Part shown: piece by piece, positions 56,075 through 64,000 of the stretch | How the letters are laid out: each line of letters opens with the position of its first letter | Position numbering within the stretch: position 1 is the first letter of the stretch | Assembly: GCA_965263185.1 (NCBI GenBank) | Contig: OZ253588.1 | Coordinates: 1,025,454 to 1,089,453 of the forward strand | Source of the DNA: Dehalococcoidia bacterium | Lineage (GTDB): Bacteria > Chloroflexota > Dehalococcoidia > Lucifugimonadales > UBA2985 | Direction of reading: 5' to 3' | Length of the DNA: 64,000 nucleotides | The notes under the pieces: model-generated | The model's database searches: none | Seen by the model: the letters and a program-made list of their open reading frames with translations, nothing else | Told to the model about the DNA's origin: nothing | Translations under genes and position numbers: made by a program

Positions 56075-56104
56075 TTGACGGACAGAACGGGCGTTCTCTA
56101 TAAT
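56075..56104 (+). promoter_or_regulatory. sigma-70-type promoter with an embedded LexA (Cheo-type) box
   Basis: TTGACG (56075-56080), 18-nt spacer, TATAAT (56099-56104). The spacer contains the perfect palindrome AGAAC-GGGC-GTTCT (56084-56097), i.e. GAAC-N4-GTTC. It lies 42 nt upstream of the imuB TTG start. Confidence 0.7.
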
Positions 56105-56145
56105 GCACTCCCATACCACCACACCCATGCGCCGCGGGAGGAGCC

Positions 56146-57591
56146 TTGAAGGTAGCCTGTGTGCTCGTCACCCACCTGAGGGCCAAGGTCGAGCTGAGAC
56201 GACAGCCACACCTGAGAGACAGGCCCGCCGTCATCGTCGACCGCTCCGGGGGAAGGCCCCTGGTCGTCGACCGCTTCCCGTCCGCCACTGGGGTGGCTGC
56301 GGGTATGACCCTTGAGCAGGCCATGTCCCGCCACGTAAGCGCCATCGTCCTGGACGCGGACGAGCCATCCTACCGTGGCGCGTTCAACAGGATGCTCGCC
56401 TCTCTGCAGGGTGTCAGCGACCGGGTTGAGAGGTCGGACCTGGGCGCGGCCTACGTTCGCTTGGACGGCCTGGAGGACATGTACGGCGGCGAGGCCAGGC
56501 TGGTCACAGCCCTGCTGAACTGCGTCCCCCAGGACATGGGGCCGCGGGTGGGCGTTGCTGGCGCCAAGTTCCCCGCCCTGGTCGCGGCCCTGTCCAGCAC
56601 GCCCCTTGGGGCGACCAGGGTTCCCGCCGATGCCGTGTCCTTCCTCGCGCCCCGCTCCCTCGACCTCCTTCCCATCGCTTCGACGGTGAAGGCGGCCATG
56701 CGCCGCTTCGGCCTCCACACCATGGGAGAGGTGGCCGCCATGAGCAGGGACATGCTCGCGGAGCAGTTCGGGCCTGCCGGCGGTAGGGCATGGGACCTCT
56801 CCCACGGCATCGACAACAGCCCCCTCGTTCCCCTGAAGCATGAGGAGACCGTGGTCGAGCGCGCGTCCCTCCCCTTCTCATCCACATCCATGCCCCTCCT
56901 CCTGGCGGCGGTGGACACCCTCCTGAGGAGGGCCTACTCCCGACCCCGGATGCGGGGCCGGTACGCAGGCAGCGCATCCCTGGAGTGCGTGCTGGATCGG
57001 GCATCCCCCTGGGAGAAGTCGTTCCACTTTAAGCAGAGCGCGGGAAGCTCTGCGCGGGCGTACTTCATTATCAGCAACCGCCTGGAGACCGACCACCCAC
57101 AAGCGCCGGTGGAGGAGGTGTCCCTGGCCCTGTCTGACCTCACGGGAGAATCAGGAATTCAGATGGGACTTCTGCCGGACGTTCGTGATAGCAGGGAGCG
57201 GCGCCTTGTAGAGATGGAGAGGCAGCTCCAGGCCCGCACGGGAGGCGTCAGCGTCCTGCGCCGGGTGGCGAAGGTGGCCCCCGGGCACCCCGCTCCTGAG
57301 ATGCGCTCCGTGCAGGTCCCTGTGGACTCGCGGGGAAGAGAGGGTTTCAAGCCCATATCCACTCCTATTGCCATTGAGGTCCGGGAAGGGCCGAATGGAG
57401 AGCCTATAGAAGTGCGTCTTGGAGGGCGCTGGCTCTCTGTAGAGAGCGTCGAGGACGCGTGGAGCTTCGACCTGTGGTGGATGCCCCGTCCTCTTACCCG
57501 CACCTACTACCGGGTGAGCCGCGAGGACGGACGGCTGCTCACCATGTTCCTGGACCACATGGACGGCTGCTGGTACCGGCAAACGGCCTGA
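56146..57591 (+). CDS. imuB: ImuB-type Y-family polymerase-like protein
   Basis: 481 aa with Y-family fold blocks (VAGAKFPALVAA, LP.....A.RRFGLHTMGEVAAM) but no N-terminal D..FY..VE catalytic acidic motif. It lies directly upstream of dnaE2. TTG start after GGGAGGAG. Confidence 0.75.
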   Translation: MKVACVLVTHLRAKVELRRQPHLRDRPAVIVDRSGGRPLVVDRFPSATGVAAGMTLEQAMSRHVSAIVLDADEPSYRGAFNRMLASLQGVSDRVERSDLGAAYVRLDGLEDMYGGEARLVTALLNCVPQDMGPRVGVAGAKFPALVAALSSTPLGATRVPADAVSFLAPRSLDLLPIASTVKAAMRRFGLHTMGEVAAMSRDMLAEQFGPAGGRAWDLSHGIDNSPLVPLKHEETVVERASLPFSSTSMPLLLAAVDTLLRRAYSRPRMRGRYAGSASLECVLDRASPWEKSFHFKQSAGSSARAYFIISNRLETDHPQAPVEEVSLALSDLTGESGIQMGLLPDVRDSRERRLVEMERQLQARTGGVSVLRRVAKVAPGHPAPEMRSVQVPVDSRGREGFKPISTPIAIEVREGPNGEPIEVRLGGRWLSVESVEDAWSFDLWWMPRPLTRTYYRVSREDGRLLTMFLDHMDGCWYRQTA

Positions 57592-57607
57592 GACCTGGGA
57601 TCATGCC

Positions 57608-60600
57608 GTGACCGCCGGGTACGTCGAGCTTCACGCCAAGAGCTTCTACTCCTTCGGGATGGGAGCGTCCCACGTCCACGAGCTCCTGTCCAAGGCGGTG
57701 GAGTTGGGGTATCCCGCGCTGGCCCTCACCGACGCCAACCTGTGCGGGGCCCTGGAGTTCGCGCGCCTGGCCGGCAGCCTGGGCATACAGCCGATAACCG
57801 GCGGCGAACTGACCCTGATGGACGGCTCAAGGCTCGTGACATTGGCCAGGACACGGGAAGGGTACGCCAACATCTCCCGCCTCTTCACCCTGGCCAACTC
57901 AGTGGACCGCAGGAAGCCCAGGCTCGACCCTGCCCACCTGCGGGAGTACGCTGGCGGCGTTGTCCTGCTCACCGGCGGGCGGGGAGGGCCTCTCGCGAGG
58001 CTCCTGTCGGACGGCCGACGGAAGGAGGCCAGGAGGCTTCTCAGGGACTACCTGGAGTGGTACGGAGCGGGGTCGGTGTATGTGGAGCTGCAGCAGAACT
58101 TCCTACATGGGGACACGGAGCGCAACCGTGAGTCGGCGAGGCTAGCCGCTGAGGTCGGCGTTCCCGTTGTGGCGACCAACGACGCCCTCTACCACTCGCC
58201 GGAAAGGCACAGGCTCCAGCATGCCCTGGTCGCAGCCGGTCGAAACGCCACCATCGACCAAGCCCTGCCCTTCATCAGCCCCAACCACCACCTGCATCTG
58301 AAGTCGCCCGAGCGGATGGCCCATATCTTCCGGGACTGCCCGGAGGCCCTCGCCAACACCCTGAGGGTAGCTGAGCGTTGCTCCTTCAACCTGTCCACGG
58401 ACCTTGGCTACATCCTGCCCGATCCCGCCGTGCCGAAGGGGTACACCGCCGACACCTACCTGAGACGGCTTTGCATGGAGGCGGTGATGAGACGCTACGG
58501 CTCCATATCGAAGCGTGTGGAGGAGCGCCTGGAGGAGGAGTTCTGCTTGATAAGTAGGCACCACATGGCCGGCTTCCTCCTACTCTACCGGGAAATAGTC
58601 CTCATCGCCCAGGGTATCATGGAGGAGAGGGGGCTGACTCACCCGGAGACCCCTTTGGAGGAGAGGCCGCCCGGCAGGGGCCGGGGCTCCTCGGTGGCCT
58701 TGCTGACGGGTTACCTCATCGGCATAAGCCATGTGGATCCCCTGAGGTGGAACCTTACCCTGGAGCGCTTCATCTCCGAGGACACCTCACTCCTGCCAGA
58801 CATAGACCTGGACTTCCCTCGCGGCCTCAGGGACGAGCTGATACAGAGGGTACACCGTCGATTCGGGCCCGACCATGCTGTCCTGGTGGGGGCCATAGCC
58901 ACCTACTCGGTGAAGGGCATCATACAGGATATTGGCAAGGCCCTGGGGTTACCGAAGGAGGATCTCAGACTCCTCTCCAGACAGGTCCACTCCCACGACG
59001 GCGCGGACCTGCGGGAGGAGATGCTGGGGCTTCCCGCCTTCAGGGACCGGGTGGACGCCCCCGGCTGGCGTGACCTCCTGGAGATGGCGCCCCAGCTGAT
59101 GCACGCTCCCAGGAGCCTGGGGCAGCATGTCGGGGGCATGGTGCTGAGCCACGCCCCCATCTCCGGCATGGTCCCGGTGCGAGAGGGAGCCATGCCGGGC
59201 CGCTACATAATGGACTGGAACAAGGACAGCGTGGCCGACGCCAACTTTGCCAAGATAGACCTCCTCTCCCTGCCGGTGCTGGACCAGCTTGAGGAGGCGC
59301 TGGACCTGGTGGAGGGGCGCGAGGGGAAAAGGCCAGACCTGGCTCTTCTGGACCCGGAGGACTCCGAGGTGTACGACATGATCAACGAGGGCCGCTCCAA
59401 GGGCGTCTTCCTGCTCCAGTCTCCAGCCCAGCTGAAGATGGCGCAGCGCCTCAGGTCCCGATGCCTCCTGGACCTAGCCTACCAGGTGGCTCTCATACGG
59501 CCCGGCGTCGGCGTCCAGGGCAGCGCGGTCTCCCAGTTCGTGGAGCGGTACAGGCACGGGGTCACCTGGGAGTACGACCACCCACTGGAGAGGCGCGCCC
59601 TGGAGCGGGGCTGCGGCATAATCGTGTGGCAGGAGCAGGTGGTGCAGCTCATCATGGACGTGGCGGGTATGACGGCGGCCCAGGCCGATGAGATCAGGCG
59701 TGCCTTCTCCAGACCCAACGCCGACCACTTGGTCGCCATGCACCGGCAGAGGTTCATGGTTGCGGCTCTGGGGAACGGCGTGCCGGAGGAGGTCGCAGTA
59801 AAGATATTCGACAAGATCAACGGCCACTACATGTTCCCGGAGTCCCACTCCCACGCCTTCGCCGTCACCGCATACCAGGCCGCGTGGCTCAAGCGGTACC
59901 ACCCACTGGAGTTCTTTGTGACCCTGGTGAACAACCAGCCAATGGGCTTCTACCCCATGGAGACCATCAAGCAGGACGCTAGACGATTCGGCGTGGTCTT
60001 CTTCAACCCCTGCGTGAACCGCAGCCAGGCGAGGTGCATCCCCGACGGGGGCTATCTCCTGCTGGGCCTTGGCATCGTAAAGGACGTGGGCGAGGAGTCG
60101 GCCGGGGCGATAGTAGAGGAGAGGTATAGGCACGGCCCCTACACTACTCCGGCAGACCTGGTGAGGCGCACTGGTCTGAAGCCCCAGGCCGCGCTGTCGC
60201 TGGTCATGGCGGGCGCCTTCGACGGCCTCAACCCCAACCGACGCGAGGCGCTGTGGGAGGCCGGTCTATCCACAAGACCCTCCAGGAGCGGGCAGAGGGC
60301 TTTCCCGGCCTCGGTGGAGCAGGGCGTACCGGAGCTGGCCGACTTCACCTCCTTCGAAAGGATGGCGGGTGAGTACGGGGTCATGGGCATATACCCCAGG
60401 GGGCATCTTATGGAGTTCGTGAGGCCCCGGCTGAGCGCCGATGTGCTGCCGGCGTCTGCGGTGGAGAGCATGGATGAGGGCCGGGAGGTCATGGTGGCGG
60501 GCTGGCCCGTCGCCAGGCAGCATCCAAGGGGCAAGGAAGGGACGGTGTTCGTGACCATTGAGGATGAGACTGGGGACGCGCAGCTCATACTGTGGCCCAA

Positions 60601-60754
60601 GGTCTTCGCCCGATGCCGCAGGGAGCTGGGGAGCCAGGTGATACTGGTCCGGGGCGTGGTGTCCCAGTGGGACGGCACAACCAACATCGTAGTCTCGGAC
60701 GTGCAGCGTGTAGATACCGGCGTTCCCATGCCGGACGTTCACGATTGGCGTTGA
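57608..60754 (+). CDS. dnaE2: error-prone DNA polymerase III alpha paralogue DnaE2 (ImuC)
   Basis: PHP domain YVELHAKSFYSFGMGASHVHEL...LALTDANLCGA. Pol III alpha core IDLDFP, GMHAAG-type region, and a C-terminal OB domain. 1048 aa, the typical DnaE2 size, and paired with imuB. Confidence 0.85.
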   Translation: MTAGYVELHAKSFYSFGMGASHVHELLSKAVELGYPALALTDANLCGALEFARLAGSLGIQPITGGELTLMDGSRLVTLARTREGYANISRLFTLANSVDRRKPRLDPAHLREYAGGVVLLTGGRGGPLARLLSDGRRKEARRLLRDYLEWYGAGSVYVELQQNFLHGDTERNRESARLAAEVGVPVVATNDALYHSPERHRLQHALVAAGRNATIDQALPFISPNHHLHLKSPERMAHIFRDCPEALANTLRVAERCSFNLSTDLGYILPDPAVPKGYTADTYLRRLCMEAVMRRYGSISKRVEERLEEEFCLISRHHMAGFLLLYREIVLIAQGIMEERGLTHPETPLEERPPGRGRGSSVALLTGYLIGISHVDPLRWNLTLERFISEDTSLLPDIDLDFPRGLRDELIQRVHRRFGPDHAVLVGAIATYSVKGIIQDIGKALGLPKEDLRLLSRQVHSHDGADLREEMLGLPAFRDRVDAPGWRDLLEMAPQLMHAPRSLGQHVGGMVLSHAPISGMVPVREGAMPGRYIMDWNKDSVADANFAKIDLLSLPVLDQLEEALDLVEGREGKRPDLALLDPEDSEVYDMINEGRSKGVFLLQSPAQLKMAQRLRSRCLLDLAYQVALIRPGVGVQGSAVSQFVERYRHGVTWEYDHPLERRALERGCGIIVWQEQVVQLIMDVAGMTAAQADEIRRAFSRPNADHLVAMHRQRFMVAALGNGVPEEVAVKIFDKINGHYMFPESHSHAFAVTAYQAAWLKRYHPLEFFVTLVNNQPMGFYPMETIKQDARRFGVVFFNPCVNRSQARCIPDGGYLLLGLGIVKDVGEESAGAIVEERYRHGPYTTPADLVRRTGLKPQAALSLVMAGAFDGLNPNRREALWEAGLSTRPSRSGQRAFPASVEQGVPELADFTSFERMAGEYGVMGIYPRGHLMEFVRPRLSADVLPASAVESMDEGREVMVAGWPVARQHPRGKEGTVFVTIEDETGDAQLILWPKVFARCRRELGSQVILVRGVVSQWDGTTNIVVSDVQRVDTGVPMPDVHDWR

Positions 60755-61039
60755 AGGGAGACAGGCTGAGGCAGCAATTGTCTAAGTGATAAGAACAGCC
60801 TTTGGGAGGGATAGTCCGAGGGAATGCCGGAGAGACTCCAGCCAGAGGCAGAAAAAAATAAATCACCATTGCGATAGAGGGGGGAACACGGCTCTGGCAG
60901 GATTGAGGCTTCTGAGACGTTAGTTGCAGTGGTAAGGCCAACAGGGAAAGCGCCTGCCCGGAGGAACTATTGGCCGCCGAGCACATCAAGGGGCGGTTCG
61001 ATGCAATTGGCTATTCGGCACAGATCCAGTCATTTCCTC

Positions 61040-61143
61040 AGTCCTAGAGAGCTGGCGGCGGGACTTGAATGAGGTCAGACCCCACAGCTCGTTGAAAGGC
61101 AGGCCGCCAAAGGAGTATGCTGAAGCGGTAGCTGCACTCCACT
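61040..61143 (+). mobile_element. C-terminal remnant of an IS3-family integrase-type transposase (orfB)
   Basis: Encodes WRRDLNEVRPHSSLKGRPPKEYAEAVAALH then a stop, the conserved YN..RPHS.L....P tail of IS3 OrfB. No upstream catalytic domain remains. Confidence 0.6.
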
Positions 61144-61273
61144 AGCCTCTGATACTAATAACGGGGTAAGGTCAAGGATGCAGCATTTTCAGGTGCTGGA
61201 GGTTCCCTTTGGCAGGTCTTTCTGCATCCACTCGTCGAGTGAATAGAAGATTGACTGAGACTGGAGAGTCAAC

Positions 61274-62194
61274 ATGCGTGACGTCTACGACGTAGTCATC
61301 ATAGGTGGAGGCACAACCGGGCTTAGCGCCTGCATTTACACCCTTCGATCCGGCCTGAGCGCCCTTCTCGTTGAAGGGACCGTCTTCGGCGGGCAGATCA
61401 TCAACGCTGATACCATAGAAAACTTTCCAGGCTTTCCGCAGGGTATCACTGGGCCGGACCTGGTAGCTGCTCTCCAGGAGCAGGCGTCAAATTTGGGAGT
61501 GGAGTATGGATTTGGCCAGGTGCAAGCGCTAGATGTCCAAGCTCAGCCAATGGCCGTTCACACCGAAAGCGATGAGTTCCTGGCTAGATCTGTCATCATC
61601 GCAACCGGCGGTGAGCGGAACAAACTGGAAATACCCGGCGAAGAAGAATTCGAAGGACGCGGCGTTTCCAGTTGCGCTACGTGCGATGGCTATTTCTTTG
61701 CAGATAGGGAAGTGGCGGTTATCGGAGGGGGTGACACTGCGCTCGACGAGGGCCTCTACCTAACTGAGATATGCAGCAAGGTCACGTTGGTGCACAGGCG
61801 GGATCGACTCACGGGCAGCAAGATTCTTCAGGAACGCGCCCTCCAGAATCCCAAGTTGGATATCTGTTACAGTACGGTAGTTGAGTCAATCTACGGTGAG
61901 GATGTCGTTCAGGGCATCGTGCTACGCGATTTGGGGACAGATCAGGCGAAAGAGCTGCCAACTGCCGGGGTATTCATATGCGTTGGATATCACCCCAACA
62001 CCCGCCCATTCCACGGCACAATCCCCATGGATGACGGAGGGCACATAAAGGTGGACCTAGAGATGGCCACAGAAGTCCCGGGTGTGTTCGCCGCCGGAGA
62101 TTGCCGATGGCGCTCGGCCCGTCAACTGGGCAGTGGCGCAGGTGACGGAATCACGGCTGCTCTGTCCGCCTACGCCTATCTGAACGGTAGCTAA
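61274..62194 (+). CDS. trxB: thioredoxin-disulfide reductase
   Basis: FAD motif VVIIGGGTTG, redox-active CATCDG, NADPH motif VIGGGDTALDEG, C-terminal FAAGD. Confidence 0.9.
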   Translation: MRDVYDVVIIGGGTTGLSACIYTLRSGLSALLVEGTVFGGQIINADTIENFPGFPQGITGPDLVAALQEQASNLGVEYGFGQVQALDVQAQPMAVHTESDEFLARSVIIATGGERNKLEIPGEEEFEGRGVSSCATCDGYFFADREVAVIGGGDTALDEGLYLTEICSKVTLVHRRDRLTGSKILQERALQNPKLDICYSTVVESIYGEDVVQGIVLRDLGTDQAKELPTAGVFICVGYHPNTRPFHGTIPMDDGGHIKVDLEMATEVPGVFAAGDCRWRSARQLGSGAGDGITAALSAYAYLNGS

Positions 62195-62291
62195 TCTATG
62201 ACTTCCTGTTTCCCTTGACACCTGTTCACCCTCAGCTATAATCAAGCTAGTCCACCGTGGTTATCTGGAAATACCTTCCGAGGGAGGTCTG

Positions 62292-63362
62292 GTGACTACA
62301 AAGGCGCTTCAATCGGCTCAGTACGAAGTGGATAGCGTCGCAGACGCTATAGAGTTCTACTACGAAAAAGGTTGGACCGACGGCCTCCCGGTCGTTCCTC
62401 CAACCGAGGAGAAGGTTCGGGCTTTCCTTGCAGCAGCGGGACTTGAGCCTGACGCTGTCATAGGGACTTACGAAACTCGAAAACGCGTGGTAACGGCCGA
62501 GAAGGTCGCTATCAATTCAGTAATGGCGGGCTGCCTCCCTGAGTACTTCCCGGTGGTGCTAGCCATTATGGAACCAATACTGGATCCGCGATTCAATCTC
62601 CACGTCCCGAATTCCACCACCGGAGGAGCTGCTCTTGGATTCATCGTGAATGGCCCGATTCGGGACAAGCTGGGTATGAACTACCGAGGCAACGTTTTGG
62701 GACCAGGAAATCGCGCCAACTCCACGATCGGTCGGGCCGTAAGACTCTGTCAGATCAACATCCTTGGCTCCTTGGCGGGCGCCGGAACAGAGGATCCTCT
62801 CGGACGTCCGGTATTCGACAGGGCGACTATCGGACAACCTGGCAAGTATGTCGGCTATCACATTGTAGAAAACGAGGACGATTTCCCATCATTGCTCCCG
62901 GTACACGTTGAACAAGGATTCAGCCGAGACCAGAGCGCCGTCACCGTATTCTCCACGGGTGGCCACGTGCAGATTTCAGCCCATTCCGAAGATTCCGCCC
63001 AGAAGATAGCTGACACGGTTGCCAGGCACCTTGTAGGCAGCGGAAGACTGGTCGCGTCTGGAGGCTTTTGCATTCTGGTGATTCCCACCGAGAACACAGG
63101 CTACCTCGTTAAGGACGGCTGGTCTAAAGCCGACTTTCGACAGGCGGTGTTCGAGGGAACCAAGCGTACAGCAGAATCGCTAATGGCTCAAGGCTGGCCG
63201 GTTCGAGGAGGGAGCGCCGCGGAAACCAGCCATCAGACGATGGCCGTTACGGGAAGCGCCGATGACATTTATGTTGTGACCGCAGGTGGGCCGGCTGGAG
63301 GATTCATTCACTACATGTTGCCCTACGGTGGATCAGTTATGACACGCGAGATCAGATCTTAG
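62292..63362 (+). CDS. conserved-looking hypothetical protein
   Basis: 356-aa GC-typical ORF starting at GTG after GAGGGAGG. The N-terminal block FYYEKGWTDGLPVVPPTEE looks like a conserved motif, but I cannot name the family. The stop TAG abuts IS1380 copy 2. Confidence 0.6.
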   Translation: MTTKALQSAQYEVDSVADAIEFYYEKGWTDGLPVVPPTEEKVRAFLAAAGLEPDAVIGTYETRKRVVTAEKVAINSVMAGCLPEYFPVVLAIMEPILDPRFNLHVPNSTTGGAALGFIVNGPIRDKLGMNYRGNVLGPGNRANSTIGRAVRLCQINILGSLAGAGTEDPLGRPVFDRATIGQPGKYVGYHIVENEDDFPSLLPVHVEQGFSRDQSAVTVFSTGGHVQISAHSEDSAQKIADTVARHLVGSGRLVASGGFCILVIPTENTGYLVKDGWSKADFRQAVFEGTKRTAESLMAQGWPVRGGSAAETSHQTMAVTGSADDIYVVTAGGPAGGFIHYMLPYGGSVMTREIRS

Positions 63363-64000
63363 CCCGAATCCACCGAAGGACACGGATGGGCGGCGTGAGG
63401 ACCGGAGAAGGGGGATGAGAGAGCTACAGGGGAGATGGCCTGGGCTCGATTGGGGTAGATGGGAGGTCGGCGGAGGGACTTCAGTCACCGCACAGGCCCC
63501 CAATGGCCGTCTGCGGGAGCTGGGATGCGGGGGATGGCAAGAGAATAGGCAGCAGGGAACTCCCGCGGAGCTGGTTGGTGCGAGTTGGCGGGGACGTTGG
63601 GTCAGTGGCGGAGGGCGCCGTCAGGCTGGGAGTGGAATGGCTCGCAGCCGGGCCAGGGCGCGACTGAACTGGGTATCCCAGGGCCAGCGCCGGGGAAGAT
63701 GCAGGGTCAATCGGCGTGCCGAGCGAGTGAGCCGTCCGGCCAAGGCGAAGACCCGTCGTCTGAGGGTCTTGGTGGTCACGATCTGCTCACCCAGGCCGAT
63801 GCGGGCTGTCCAGCGGGCCAGGTTGTGTGCCATCACCTGTACCGCCAGCCAGGCTCCGTTGGCGGCGAAGCGGCCGGACGGCATGTGGTTCAGTCCGACA
63901 CCGTACTTGAGGTCGCGTATCGCATTCTCGATCTCGGCGTGACGGCGATGATCAGCCTCCAGTTCGAGCATCTCCCCATCGCGGTCGGTGATGAAGCCGT
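63363..64000 (-). mobile_element. IS1380-family insertion sequence, copy 2 (partial, runs off the window)
   Basis: 63363-64000 is identical to 53622-54261 except for a 2-nt (cg) indel at copy-1 position about 53789. Same orientation as copy 1. It contains the 3' part of the transposase gene (63621-64000, minus strand). Confidence 0.9.

Noticed and set aside
56098-57582. Minus-strand ORFs of 247, 155, 166 and 143 aa overlapping imuB.
   Set aside because: These are shadow ORFs in a GC-rich gene. The imuB frame has the Y-family blocks and a good SD.
1-64000. Search for CRISPR arrays, rRNA genes, and retron- or group-II-intron-like structures.
   Set aside because: There are no regularly spaced direct repeats with unique spacers, no rRNA-like conserved stretches, and no reverse-transcriptase motifs (YxDD) in any sizeable ORF. 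The repeats present are irregular REP-like units and IS ends.

Overview
GC-rich bacterial chromosomal segment. Gene content, including an 11-subunit nuo operon without nuoEFG, and dense REP-like intergenic repeats suggest a Chloroflexota-like genome. That taxonomic call is inference only.

Housekeeping blocks:
- tsf-rpsB and tRNA-Val(CAC)
- a DUF35/thiolase pair and a transglutaminase-like membrane protein
- zur-znuACB
- nuoABCDHIJKLMN
- a HAD hydrolase
- an ADH plus DrrAB-like ABC exporter
- an orphan amino-acid binding protein and a GH15 hydrolase
- nadC-nadA-miaB

These blocks are interrupted by several islets that look AT-richer by eye and carry defence-like cargo:
1. 11.5-12.9 kb: an orphan 448-aa protein with an Rx4H (HEPN-like) motif.
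2. 23.7-25.3 kb: a solitary DGQHR/DndB-like protein plus a small ORF behind a large palindrome.
3. 29.6-31.5 kb: an ABC-type ATPase coupled to a PIN-like protein. The pair is bracketed by 73-bp direct repeats that carry a promoter.
4. 39.5-49.6 kb: a prokaryotic viperin coupled to an HTH+TPR protein. Divergent from it is a PD-ExK-methyltransferase-TRD fusion coupled to a membrane pentapeptide-repeat protein. vapBC follows.

The right third (49.9-64 kb) is rich in insertion sequences:
- an IS1182-family element with an in-frame stop
- decayed IS3 fragments
- two near-identical direct IS1380-family copies. These bracket a LexA-box-controlled imuB-dnaE2 mutagenesis cassette, trxB and a hypothetical gene.

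No rRNA genes or CRISPR arrays were seen. All family assignments come from motif recognition by eye. No searches were run.
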